Positions 1 to 12,419 of a DNA stretch of 64,000 nt are shown here, piece after piece (the stretch's first letter is position 1; each line of letters opens with the position of its first letter). Below the pieces are notes generated by a model. The model was not told the origin of the DNA. It worked only from the letters and a program-made list of their open reading frames with translations, and did not search any database. A program made the translations under genes and the position numbers. Source of the DNA: Octopus sinensis (Eukaryota); the NCBI RefSeq assembly GCF_006345805.1, contig NC_043009.1:12524001-12588000 (forward strand), written 5' to 3'.

Positions 1-61
1 AACTTTACAGTGGGATTTTCCCAGTTTACTTTTAGCAGGGTGTTCCTTTATTTCAATTTCT
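1..61 (-). other. Candidate third protocadherin exon (runs off the window)
   Basis: Acceptor gtttcctgtttttag| at 62. In phase 1 (after exon 2) it gives EKLK-stop; phase 2 is open to the window edge. Cannot be resolved here. Confidence 0.25.
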
Positions 62-205
62 CTAAAAACAGGAAACATCACTCTAGTATGTATTCACAAC
101 TAGTATGTATTCATCAGAAAAATAATTATTTTTACCTATGATGAAATTCAAGTTTTTATCTGGCAAAATCAGTTAAATGTTGGACAAAATGTTTTGAATT
201 ATAGC

Positions 206-626
206 TTATTATTCTTTTATTCTTTTATTCTTTTACTTGTTTCAGTCATTTGACTGCGGCCATGCTGGAGCACCACCTTTAGTCGAGCAAATCGACCCCG
301 GGACTTATTCTTTGTAAGCCCAGTACTTATTCTATTGGTCTCTTTTGCCGAACTGCTAAGTTACGGGGACGCAAACACACCAGCATCGGTTGTCAAGCAA
401 TGCTAGGGGACCAACACAGACATACATACACACATACATATATATATATATATATACATATATACGACAGGCTTCTTTCAGTTTCCATCTACCAAATCCA
501 CTCACAAGGCATTGGTCGACCCGGGGCTATAGCAGAAGAAACTTGCGCAAGATGCCACGCAGTGGGACTGAACCCGGAACCATGTGGTTGGTTAGCAAGC
601 TACTTACCACACAGCCACTCCTGCGC
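206..626 (-). mobile_element. tRNA-derived SINE family A (CORE-like segment, internal CA/TA microsatellite, TAAAAGA tail)
   Basis: Head GCAGGAGTGGCTGTGTGGTAAG...GGTTCAGTCCC (A/B boxes), then CTTGGGCAAGTGTCTT segment; about 20 copies in the window. Confidence 0.9.
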
Positions 627-952
627 TTAGTTGAAATCCTACCAAAGTCAACATTTCATCCTTTTGAAGTTGATAAAATAACGTACCAGTCAAAAACAAG
701 TTTGGTTTAATATTCTCATAATGCATCAGGGATGTGTTGCAATTGTGATATTACATTTAGAAACACTTTTAAAACAGCAGGCTCTGCCACTAAAAATTTC
801 CAAATATTTTACATTCTTCTTACATGTTCATTAGTTGAATAATTTTTCTGTTAAAAGAATTATATTGTGTCTCTGAGAATTGAATGTAATAATGCTTTCC
901 CACTGGCTGATAAGTATTGTTCCTCTCCCACTTCAGAGTTTAATAGTTATCA

Positions 953-1472
953 AAATCAAATTCGATGACTGACATCCGAGCTAGTGGAGCGCTAAGAGTA
1001 CCATACAAGTGTGATCGTTGCCAGAGCAACAGGCTGGCCTCCGTGCTGATGGCACGTAAAAAGCACCATTCGAGCGTGATCGTTACCTGTGTTGCCTTAC
1101 TGGCACTTATGCTGGTGGCACAGGAAAAAACATTTGACTGAGGTCATTGCCAGTGCCGCTGGATTGGCTCCTGTGCAGGTGGCACATAAAAAGCACCATT
1201 TGAGCGTGGCCGTTGCCAGTACTGCCTGACTGGCCCTCGTGCCAGTGGCATGTAAAAGCACCCACTACACTCTCAGAGTGGTTGGCGTTAGGAAGGGCAT
1301 CCAGCTGTAGAAACTCTGCCAGATTAGATTGGAGCCTGGTGCAGCCATTTGGTTCGCCAGTCCTCAGTCAAATCGTCCAACCCATGCTAGCATGGAAAGC
1401 GGATGTTAAACGATGATGATGGTGGTGGTGGTGGTGGTGGTGGTGGCGGTGGTGATGATGATGATGATGATG
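953..1472 (+). mobile_element. RTE-LINE 3' UTR fragment with (GAT/GGT)n tail
   Basis: Ends CCCATGCTAGCATGGAAAGCGGATGTTAAAC(GAT)n, the same 3' end as the RT-bearing copy at 18462-19410; internal ~60-bp sub-repeats. Confidence 0.85.
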
Positions 1473-3027
1473 AACAGTAAAAAGGTTAGGAGTTTCTGAA
1501 ACAGCAAGAAAAAATAAGTATAAACAAACAGCAGGACAGAAATGAAATGAAATGAGCTTTGCTACTGGAAATTATAATGATAATGATGATGGTGTTGGTG
1601 TTGGTGTTGGTGGTGTTGGTGGTGGTGGTGGTAGTGGTGGTAGTGGTGTATTGATAGTAAAATGTATTTTTGTTATTGAACTAGATCTTTAATATTATTA
1701 TTTGCCTATAGTTTGTTAGAGAGGAGGGGTGGAGTGAGAGAGAGAGAAGAAGAAGAAGAGGGAATGTGTGAGTGAGTGAAAGAGCTGATAGCCAGCTGAT
1801 GTATTATGCTGTCGTTCATGTGGTTAGGAGGAAGTGAGAGGTGAAGAGAAAGAGAGAAATGCTAAAGACATGAAGAAGGGAATTAAATGGTAAAATAAGT
1901 TTGTTGAAGAGGTGGAGAGAAAGAGCGAAATATAAAGAGTTTAGCAGAGGGAAATTTCAAAATCATATAAGATATTATTGTGACTGGAAGTGAAATAACT
2001 TAGCAAAATAAAAATAAAAATAAAGATAAAAATGTAAATCCTCCTTTCTTTCTTAAATAGCTTCTCTTAATCTTTTTCATTCTGTGGAATTTCCACAAGG
2101 CTCGCTAGTACTAGTATTACTATTCTAGTAATATTATGCAAACATTCTTCTAATTCATAAATTTACTGTGATGTAACACATAGAGTTTTATGTGGTACTT
2201 AACCTGCTAGAAACAGCAGCCAAATTTCCCTAAAATTTCACCACATTGCCTTAAAAAATAAATAAAGGATACATTGATAATGTATCATTGGCTAAAAAAT
2301 GCAGGATAGTCATGACTGAAACACCTTTGATTGTTGGACTGTTTGATGATAACTGAACTAGTACAATACAAGACCAACAACCATCATCATCATCATCATC
2401 ATCATTTCGTGTCTGTTTTCCATACCAGCATGGATAAGACGGTTTGACTGGAGCTTGGTAAGCCATGTTCAACATTTTATGAAACAAAATTTTTACATTT
2501 TACTTTTGGATTTGGTTTGCAAGATTCTTTATGAGAGTTTGTGTGTTGAAGCATATTCTGTTGTGACTGAGTCAAGACTATCGAGAAGGTTGCAAGACGC
2601 AACGAAAATTTTAGGAAAATAAAAATAAGGAATAAGTAGAAATTTTACTGGTGAGTGTGTTAAATTATAAGGCACAAAAAAAAAAAATTACTCTCCCCAG
2701 ACACAAGAAAATTTTTACATCCAACATAAAAACAAATTTCTATATTGTTTGACCAATTATTTTTCTAAAGCTGGACTCTCTTTCTGCTGTCAACCATTAA
2801 ACTCTGAAGTGGGAAAGGACCTTACTTATCAGCCAAGAAGTAAACATAATTTCTTACAGTGCTCAAAGACATAACTTTTTTATAGAAAGATTCAACTCAG
2901 GAACTTGTAACAAGAATTCTAGTTCTTAAATCTTCAGAAATATTTTACTTTAATTATAACTAAAAGACTGTCATTTCAATTTCTCTATCCCTTGTTTAAT
3001 AGGTTGGTTGTTTAAGAAGTTACTTAC

Positions 3028-3157
3028 CAGCACTACTTCCTTTGATGGATGCTCGATCTAGCGGAAAATTTACTTCAGGTTCAACTCTGATCTGAGATTC
3101 TTCACTCTCTTCTGGTGGGGAATTGTTGGCATCATCTTTGCACAAAAGATTACTGTA
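3028..3157 (-). CDS. Protocadherin second coding exon (cytoplasmic tail)
   Basis: Acceptor tttgtctattcag| at 3158 and donor CTG|GTAAGT at 3027. 130 nt, open in phase 0 (YSNLLCKDDANNSPPEESEESQIRVEPEVNFPLDRASIKGSSA), matching the phase-0 donor at 9221. Confidence 0.7.
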
Positions 3158-3198
3158 CTGAATAGACAAATAAATGAATGAATGAATGAATTAATTAA

Positions 3199-3362
3199 TT
3201 AATGATGATGATGTTGATGATGATGATGGTGATGATGACGATGATGATGATGATGACGACGACGACGATGATGATGATGATGATGATGGTGGTGGGGATG
3301 GTGATGGTGGTGATGACGACGACAACAATGATGATGATGATGACGACGATGATGATGATGAC

Positions 3363-3393
<31 letters not shown>

Positions 3394-3394
3394 T

Positions 3395-3488
<94 letters not shown>

Positions 3489-3490
3489 AA
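3199..3490. repeat. (GAT)n microsatellite, ~290 bp
   Basis: Explains the poly-Met and poly-His ORFs. Confidence 0.95.
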
Positions 3491-3504
3491 TGATTCAATA
3501 TGTA

Positions 3505-3815
3505 TTGAACAAGAGAGACAAATACTGTCAGATCATTGATGTAGCCATACCAAATGACATGAATATTGAAAAAAGTTACTAAGTCCTCCAAATTGAAAGT
3601 GGAAATGGCAAGACTGTACAGAATGCAAGAGGGTAATGTAAAATTGATACCAATGGTGATTGGAGCATTTGGCTCGATCCCATCAAGACTTTAAGACTTC
3701 TTAAGGCAACTGGAAATCCCATGCAAGATTGATGTCATGCAAAAAGCAGCCTTATTGGGCACAGAGCACATCTTAAGGAAAGTATTATCTATCTGAGGTC
3801 CTTGTTGTGACTTGA
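3505..3815 (+). mobile_element. R4/Dong-like non-LTR element, restriction-like endonuclease 3' end
   Basis: CQIIDVAIPNDMNI...KVEMARLY...LIPMVIGAFGSIP...MQKAALLGTEHILRKVLSI (with frameshifts). Confidence 0.75.
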
Positions 3816-4552
3816 CAGATGACTTCGAACATTAGGCCTCACCAAGGAAATGACTAGCGACCAAGACTTTTGGAAATATGCTGTGCTTGAGAAGACCCAT
3901 CAAGCCAAATGACAAATGAGACCATAACCTGTGGCCTATGCGTACCTTTTTCTTTGGTCACTAAACTCTGCTTGCAAAGACCTGTTGAGGCAAGTGAAAC
4001 CAAAATCAAATTCAACGACTGGCATCCGTGCTAGCGGGGTGCAAAGAGCACCAAAAGAGCACCATACGAGGGTGATCGTTGACAGAGTGGCTAACCGGCT
4101 TCCATGCCAGTGACACATAAAAGGGCACCATTCGAGTGTGATCATTACCAGCATCACCTTACTGGCACTTGTGCCCGTGCTAGTAGGGTGCCAAGAGCAC
4201 CATCCAAGCGTGATCATTGCCAGAACAGCCAACTGGCTTCCATGCCTATGGCACATAAAAGGCACCATTCGAGCGTGATCATTACCAACGTCGCCTTACT
4301 AGCACCTGTGCCGGTGGCATGTGTAAAAAGATTCGAGCGAGGTTATTGCCAGTACTGCCTGACTGGCACATAGAAAGCACCCACTACACCCTCGGAGTGG
4401 TTGACGTTAGGAAGGGCATCCAGCTGTAGAAACTCTGCTAGATCAAGATTGGAGCCTGGTGCGGCCGCGTGGATCGCCAGCCCTCAATCAAAATCGTCCA
4501 ACCCATGCTAGCATGGAAGGCGGACGTTAAACAATGATGATGATGATGATGA
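3816..4552 (+). mobile_element. 5'-truncated RTE-LINE (ORF2 end plus 3' UTR)
   Basis: Homologous (reverse complement) to ~18470-19230. Confidence 0.85.
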
Positions 4553-4559
4553 AATGTGC

Positions 4560-4960
4560 CAAACGAGATACATGACAACAACCAGGCCACGATCATCTGG
4601 GTTATGCCTGTCCAAACTGATAAAGAAATAAAAGCTTATTCCCCAGACATAATAATCAAGGATTGAAAAAAAAAAAAGCACATGCTTACTGATAGACATT
4701 GCAGTCCCGTCTGACAAAAATATTGCTCAAAAAGAAGTACAGAAAATTGCCAATGTACAAAGATCTTGAAATTGAAGTATTCAATATGTGGGGCATGAAG
4801 ATGAAAAGAATACCAATGATAATAATTGGGGGCATTGGGTATGATATAAAAAAAATATTTTCAAAAACGTAGAAGCTATATCTGTGCCCTCAACACTACA
4901 CACAATCCAAAAACTAGCAACAGCCCACATCCAACACGAAACATTATCAGTTCAATAATA
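4560..4960 (+). mobile_element. Second R4/Dong-like RLE fragment
   Basis: IIWVMPVQTDKEIKAYSPDIIIKD...CLLIDIAVPSDKNIAQKE...YKDLEIEV..MWGMK..IPMII (PD-(D/E)xK pattern; stops and frameshifts). Confidence 0.8.
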
Positions 4961-5299
4961 CAACCTAAACAAAACAATCCACCAACACAAGACACACTCT
5001 ATATAGTAAATATCCTATAGACTAAACAACCACCACAATATACTCCTCAGGCCTGGAACACAACGAAAGAATACAACTTGCATTAAACACACAACATACA
5101 ATACAAACACTACCACAACAAAAGACTGCAACCAGGCCCCATAACAAAACAATCTGATGCAATACAATACCAGGAAAAGTTTGCACTTCCCCAACAACAT
5201 AAAGAAGTCATAGTGCAGCACACACACCCCAGAAACATGGAGGTGATGCAGTAGGAATCTGCCTGAAACTATCAAATTTCAAATAATAATTATGTAAAA

Positions 5300-5480
5300 G
5301 ATGACCATCAAAATAAATGCCGGATGTTATTCATGGCAAATTTTGGGTTAAACAAAGAAATAAACAAATCAAAATCCCCACAATGGCTGAGAAGCTGAGG
5401 ACTCAAAGCAGAGACTGAAGGATTTTTAATTGCAGCATAAGATCAAAACCTTCCCACTAGAAATCACCAAAAACATGCAT
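5300..5480 (+). mobile_element. R4/Dong-like fragment from upstream of the zinc knuckle
   Basis: HGKF...QWLRS*GLKAETEGFLIAA*DQNLPTRNHQ. Confidence 0.7.
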
Positions 5481-6140
5481 TCCAGCCAGAACCATCCTCT
5501 CTAATTTTCAAAAATTTCTGTTTTTATGTACAAACTAACCCATACCACAGCAGGGGCCTTTAGATAATCTGAAAACATGTTTTCTGCAGGGGCTTCAAAA
5601 TAATTGAAGGACATATTTGTTTACAGTTTTTGTGAGACATCATCATCATCATCATCATCATTATTTAGCGTCCGTTTTCCATGCTAGCATGGGTTGGACG
5701 GTTCAACTGGGGTCTGTGAAGCCGGAAGGCTGCATCAGGCCCAGTCAGGTCTGGCAGTGTTTCTACGGCTGGATGCCCTTCCTAACGCCAATGCTGATGC
5801 AATCTTTTTACAAGAGCTCGTTAAGTTTTATACAGATAAGGACCTCACCAATACTAAATCCAGCATTGTTTCCAGACAAGGACATCTAGGACTATACAGC
5901 TATCTATTGTGGAAACAGTATGGGAGTCTCAGTTGTTACTTGTAGTAGGTTGATTTCATAGAGGCTTCCTGCTTCCCTTTCTCATCTGTTAACACCTCTC
6001 AATCAGCTACTTCTGCTAACACTCAACTAAAGGGGAATACAGCCTTTCCACCACTTTTGCTCTTCCTTCATAAATTTAATGCTTTTCATTAGCTGTGTTC
6101 TTTTATCCGGCTTCATTTGCTTTGGCTTGCAAGTAACCTC

Positions 6141-6567
6141 GGATCTTTTCAGTTTGAACAGCAGTTTTTTCTAGCAGTGTCATATGAAATTGTCACCCAT
6201 AATTATGACCCTAGTATCAATCTATTGCATTTCAATCTGTTTTAGGGTTAGTTAGGGTTAGGGTTAGGGGTGGGGGGAAGGGTATCTTTTTTCTTCACAA
6301 ATGTAAATAAACCCAATCTGTTTCTTAAACGAGGGACATATTCATGCGGCACAGAATGTTTTTTTACCTCAATGAACATCAGTGATTGGTTGAAATTGCA
6401 GAAATTGAAGAAAAAAAATGACAAATATCTTTCAAACTATAGAATTTTCTCAATAAAGTCAAGAGAAAATGATGTTTTATAACACATTCTACCAGTATAC
6501 AAAGTTTAAAAGTGTTTAGTTACGTGGAAATTATTTTAAAAAACTGCCGTTCAAACCGAAAAGATCC
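6141..6567 (+). mobile_element. MITE with ~30-bp GGATC TIRs, 8-bp TSD and internal (TTAGGG)n (Merlin-like, provisional)
   Basis: GGATCTTTTC(A/G)GTTTGAAC...GTTCAAACCGAAAAGATCC; flanks gtaacctc/ataacttc (6/8). Confidence 0.85.
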
Positions 6568-6639
6568 ATAACTTCTAGTAACAGTCAAAGTACATGGCTA
6601 TGCCTCTAATATTGGCTGAGAAATTTCTACAAGACTACA

Positions 6640-7275
6640 TGTACTCCAGTAACCTGTGTGACTTCTTTCTAAGCTTTCAAGGCAGGGAGCTGGCCAACTC
6701 CAATTGTCTGTTGTGGTATGGTTTCTACAGCTGGTTGCCCTTCCTAATGCCAACCACTTCAGAGTGTGCTGGATGAATTTTGTGTGCCACTGGTCAAGGT
6801 GTGCACACACAGCACTGGCACAAGTACATTCTACGTGACACCAGCACGTGTAAAGAACAAGCCTGTATGAATGACAGCAAGTTTACTTGGCTTGATGTGT
6901 CTTCTCAAGTACATCAAATCACCAAAACCCCTGGTCCCTTTTTCATTTCTTCAGTGAGACCCAGTGCCCAAAGACCCTTTCTCACCACTTCATACCGTGC
7001 CTTCCTGGGTCTACCCCTTCCACAGGTTCTTTCCACAATTAGAGCTCAGCACATCTTTACACAGCCGTCCTCATCCATATGCATCAAATGACCAAACCAG
7101 CACAGTCTTATCTCTTGCACACATCTCATGCCTCTTACACAGATTTCCTCTTAAATCATATACACTTTGTTGTGTGTGTACACTGACATTACCCATCCAG
7201 CAGAACATGCTAGCTTCATTTCTTTCAAGCCTTTGCAAGTCCTCTGTAGTCAAAGACCATGCTTCACTGCCATGT
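6640..7275 (-). mobile_element. Decayed RTE-LINE fragment
   Basis: HGSEAWSLTTEDLQRLERNEASMFCWMGNVSV motif, plus a 3' UTR remnant at 6640-6770. Confidence 0.8.
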
Positions 7276-7845
7276 TTTGTTTTCATAAGTTCTGAATTAA
7301 AATCTTCCACCAAACCTTAGTCACAATTTATGTTCCTAACTCTAGCTTAATGAGGAATTACAACTGTGTTTCATGGTCTGCTACCACAACAGCTCCTTTA
7401 TAGGATCCAGTTAGCTCAAGACATCACCAGGAGGAACCACGTCCGGTTTTGGCCCCTACTCCTCTACCGTTTTGACGTGGCGCCCCCCCCCCTTTCAGAG
7501 GTGTCTTCAGCTCTGGTGTTGGGTGCATGTCTTCTTTCTTCTTCATTCTTCTGTTCCATGGCCTCTTCTATGTATCGTCAGCGAGTGTCAGCCGGTGACT
7601 GACTGACTTGTCAAATTTTTCCCTTTAAATACCTGCCACATAGGCTCCAGCAGGCAGCCCCAGCAAGTTGTTACGTGACACTGTCTCACCTTAACTGACG
7701 AGTGAGGGCGCGTAGTTTTAGCCCACACTCTTTCTAAACGACCGTCACCTGTCAGTCAGCAAAGCTGATTCAGTCAGCTTGTCTCACCTAATGATGTTAT
7801 TTCTCATCGGCATGTTTATGACTTCCAAGTTATTTTATTAAATTC

Positions 7846-8219
7846 TCTTTTACTCTTTTACTCGTTTACTCATTTCCGTCATTTGACTGCGGCCATGCTG
7901 GAGCACCACCTTTTAGTACTTATTCTATCGGTCTCTTTTTGCCGAACCACTAAGTGACGGGGACCTAAACACACCAGCATCGGTTGTCAAGCAATGCTAG
8001 GGGGACAAACACAGACACACAAACACACACACATATACATATATATACATATATACGACAGGCTTCTTTCAGTTTCCGTCTACCAAATCCACTCACAAGG
8101 CATTGGTCGGCCCGGGGCTATAGCAGAAGACACTTGCCCAAGATGCCACGCAGTGGGACTGAACCCGCAACCATGTGGTTGGTTAGCAAGCTACTTACCA
8201 CACAGCCACTCCTGCGCCT
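7846..8219 (-). mobile_element. SINE family A
   Basis: Near-identical to 206-626; apparent TSD taaattct. Confidence 0.9.
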
Positions 8220-8822
8220 ATAAATTCTTTGTTATATTTAAAATTAATTGGGAGAAACACAGAGTATCTAAACAGACACATGGTAATAAAAGATACTCTG
8301 TGTTTCTCCCAATTAATTTTAAGTATAACAAAAAATTTAGTAAAATAACTTAGTTATCATTAAGCTAGAGTTAGGAACATAAATTGTGACTAAGGTTTGG
8401 TGGAAGATTTTATTTCAGAACTTTTGAAAACAAGACATTTGTACTACAGAGTGAGAGGTGGTTTCAGGCAGGTTGGTATCAAAAGGGTTAACTTTCTCTA
8501 AATATAGTCTTGATGTTTGTCTACATTCATTTCCTTACATTTCCATCGGTGTTATCTTTTTCCTCTTTTTATTATATTCTCTCATTGTTCCTCTCTGATC
8601 TGTGCTCTGTATTTGTGCATACTTTCTCAGGCAACTTGCAACCAATATTTCTTGTGATTCCAGAGTGTAAGCTAAATTTACCCTTATAAACAAATATTAA
8701 TTTTTTAAGTGAGCAGACTGATAAATAATTGCATTTATGCGTATGTAATGGTTGCTATAAAAATTTAGTTCAATAAAAAAAAAATACTTTTCTATATAAA
8801 CACACCATCATTTGCACCACTA

Positions 8823-8857
<35 letters not shown>

Positions 8858-9093
8858 TTTTCTCTCTCAATATAACTGCTTTCCCTGTCCATACCTCTCT
8901 ATTTTTCCCTTAACTTTTTAACCATGTAATAAGTATTCCTTCCCCACCCTACTGCATGTTGTTAATACTTCTCTCTCCCACTTTTCTCTCGTCTTTTTCT
9001 CTTTGCCTCTACCTTCAGCTGACCACATGGCCACTTGGCTTAAGTGTATTAATATTAATCACTTTTCTCTACTTCCTCCTCACTTCTTTCTTC

Positions 9094-9128
<35 letters not shown>

Positions 9129-9220
9129 ATTCTTACTCCACCTCCACCTCTCTCACTAACCAATGTATAACAGGTGAACAAATAATCAGATTATTATATA
9201 GATTTATATATAAACCCTAC

Positions 9221-11839
9221 CTGGAATGATGGTTCTTTGGACACATTATTTCCACTTTCTTCTGTTCGTGTGTGTATATCTGGAGGTAAACTACCTGCTG
9301 CTTCATGGCTATTTTCCTTTCCTTGCAAAGACTGGGCATCATTTCCTTCAGATGTACTTCTCTTCAAGGCCTCAGACTTGCCACTGTTGTTATTGAATTC
9401 ATTTTCTTTAGGAAAATTATCTCGTTTCCTTCGAAGTGAAGCATCTTCATGTCTCTTTGCAAAATATCGTCTTTTCTCTTTATTAGTTCTGGACCACATG
9501 TATCCAATTCCAATGATAATTAGAATAATGAATACTATACATATTGGTAAAATAATTTCAAGAATATTAGGTTTGCTTGTCAATGGTTTGCCATCAGTTA
9601 TATTCACAAATAAAACTGTAGTAGTATTTTGTGCTGGTTTACCATGGTCTTTAACAGAAATCAATAATTTATACTTTTGTCTTGGTCTGCTGACATTACC
9701 ATTTTTAATCAGCATTATTTCACCAGATGTTTCATTAATTCTGAAAAAACTGGTTGTTTCAGGGATATCTTCAAGGAAATAAGATAACCTAGCATTTTCT
9801 CCTTCATCATCATCAAAGGCTACGACCTGTGAAATAGGCCGGTCAGCTAGGGTCATTTCGTAACTGATTGAAATGCTGTTGTTTGCAACACTAGGGTAAA
9901 TAATAAAGGGACGGTTGTCATTAGCATCTTCAACAATTACTGTGATACTTGTTGATGAATTCAATGGTTTTTTCCCATGGTCAGTAGCTACAACCAAGAA
10001 ATCATATCTCCTCCCTTTCCTGTGATTTAATACAGCTTTAGTCCTTAAAACACCATCAGTCACAGTGAAGAGCTCTGAAGCTCTGTTGCTGTTTTCAATT
10101 ACATATGTAACTGTTCCATTTTCCCCAGCATCCAAATCTTTTGCTTCTACAGTCCCAATTGTGGCATTTCTTGCCTGAGCTTCCAATGTATGAAACTCAT
10201 AATGTTGCTTTTGAAATTTTGGTATATTATCATTAGCATCAAGTATCTTTAACTGTACAGTTCCAGTGCCAGTGAGAGGTAAAATTCCACAATCCACTGC
10301 AAGAACTTTAATCTGTACCACTGAAATGGTTTCTCTATCAAATATTTTGTTTGTCATGATTACACCTGTTCTGTTATCTAAAATAAAATCTGATGCATTG
10401 TCAGAATCAAGGTAGTAATATATTTCAGAGTTCATACCATAATCTTTATCTGTTGCTTTCACCTGGGTTATAATTTCAGGAACTTTATTATTTTCAGTGA
10501 TATCAACAATCTTGATGTCACTGGTAAAAACCGGAGGATTGTCATTCTCATCAATGACACTCACCACAAGAGTATTTTCACCTTTTAGTTTAGGTATACC
10601 ATTATCTTCACATTCAACAGTGATATTATAAGTGGTTATGTATTCAAAATCCAGTTCATGCTTAATGACTATTTCATAAGTTATTGAAGAAATTAGGTTG
10701 AGGTCAAAGTACTGACTATTAACAGCAATCGAACAGTTCACTTTACCATTGTCACCTTTATCCTTATCATGAATGTAAGCAACAGCTACATGGGAGCCCA
10801 CAGTTTCAGATTCTGATACATTGGCCAATGAAGGATCAATAGTAATGACTGGAGAATTGTCATTGATATCAACAATATTAATGGTAACAGTTACAGATGC
10901 TGAATGCCTCCTTGACCCTTGGTCATAAGCTATTACATCAAAAGAATATTGATATTTTTCACCTAGACTACCTTTCAAAATAACTGTTCCAGAAGATTCT
11001 TTCACTTCAAAAATTTCTCTAATACTTAGAGAAGTTTTATGGCTTAACTTGTATTTCACTTCACCATTCTCACCAGAATCTTTGTCGACTGCATGCAATC
11101 TGAGTATTGTTGATGATACAGGTACATTTTCAAAAATTGTTTGGTTATAGACAACTTTTTCAAATATTGGGCTATTATCATTTTCATCTAACACAGTAAT
11201 ATTTATGAATGTACTGCCGCTTCTCTGTGGAATGCCTTGATCTTTTGCTACAAGTGTCAACTGGTAAAATGTTTGTTCTTCATAATCCAAAATCTTGTTA
11301 ACTTTTAAGCCTTGCAGTTGGCCCTCATTCTGGATCAAGCTAAAGGCATTATTTTCATCATCTAACAATGTATAATATATTGCAGAATTGTTCCCTGAAT
11401 CAAAATCCCATGCTTCTTCAATGGAATATATTTTATCAGGTGAACTGTTTTCACTAATCTTTAAAGTTTCAATTTTATAAAAAATAGGAGCATTATCATT
11501 GATGTCATCTATGTAAATTTTCACAGTCACTATTTCAATTGTTACTGAATCTATTCGGACCTTCGTAGTCAAAGCACATGAAGAATCAGATCCACATAAG
11601 TCTTCCCGGTTAATACGCTTATCAGTAAAAATCTTTCCAGAATCTTTGTTAATTCTAAACAGATCAGTCTTTGGTTCAATGAAAAAAAACCTGCTAGACT
11701 TGTTAGATTTACTGGTGTCATAAACAGAACCAATATAGGTAGATATTGGTGATTCCTCATAAACATGAAAAGTTAGCTCTGCTATAACAGGGCAAAATCC
11801 AAAACATGCCAGGAAAAATAGAATTAATAAAGCAGGCAT
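9221..11839 (-). CDS. Protocadherin, main coding exon (signal peptide, 7 EC repeats, TM helix, proximal cytoplasmic tail)
   Basis: 881-aa ORF with hydrophobic N-terminus. Six DxNDNxP linkers (DINDNAP, DENDNSP, DINDNSP, DENDNPP, DANDNIP, DANDNRP) define 7 EC repeats. EC1 has a CxxxxxC motif typical of protocadherins; AxDxG and DxD motifs recur. TM helix ILEIILPICIVFIILIIIGIGYMW. The ORF runs into a CAG|GTAGGG donor at 9221/9220, so the last ORF residues (VGFIYKSI) are probably intronic. Confidence 0.95.
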
Positions 11840-12334
11840 GTTAGTTTTGAAATGTTTAGTTACAAATTATTATAATTAGAATTCTGATCCTCTATTTTAA
11901 GTTACTCCAGTTGGTTCATGCAATAATGAAACATGTATTAGTGATTCAAAGACATTCTAAGCATTTCTTTCTTATGAAAATATTCAGTGTTAAATTCATA
12001 CATTTGTCATATTTCTGTGTATCGTCTTTTAAGTTTTTATTGGTGACATGTTATATAATCAGTACTCTGATTTTATTCCAGTGATAACCAGTAATCCAGT
12101 ACTTTTATATGAATAAGATAAAGTCTCAACAATTAAGAGAATATTTTCTAATAGTTCAAATTTAGTCCAAAGCACCTATTACAATAATATATATCTTGAG
12201 CAAAGTGTATACTCAAATAAAATCTTGGTTGATCAATAATAATAATAATATAATCCAGTGATAATGTAATCCAGTTTTTACATTCCAGTGAAATTTTCGT
12301 TGTTCACTCATGCATTCCAATCACCATAAAGTTC
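11840..12334 (-). other. 5' UTR part of the large protocadherin exon
   Basis: Acceptor atttaatttattttttcag| at 12335, about 495 nt upstream of the ATG, implying an upstream non-coding exon. Confidence 0.45.
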
Positions 12335-12419
12335 CTGAAAAAATAAATTAAATCGATGTAAAATCATAGTCTTGCATCTTCTTATGCTAAACAAAAAAAA
12401 AATTAGTACAGGTGTATAT

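Noticed and set aside
390-710. Recurrent ORFs MSSNARG.../MLGGQTQTH... (many copies)
   Set aside because: Antisense translations of SINE family A, not genes.
3199-3591. Poly-His and poly-Met ORFs
   Set aside because: Translations of the (GAT)n microsatellite; the same applies to YIYI, THTH and LSIY ORFs elsewhere.
9237-9782. 181-aa plus-strand ORF
   Set aside because: Antisense shadow of the protocadherin exon with no recognisable motif.
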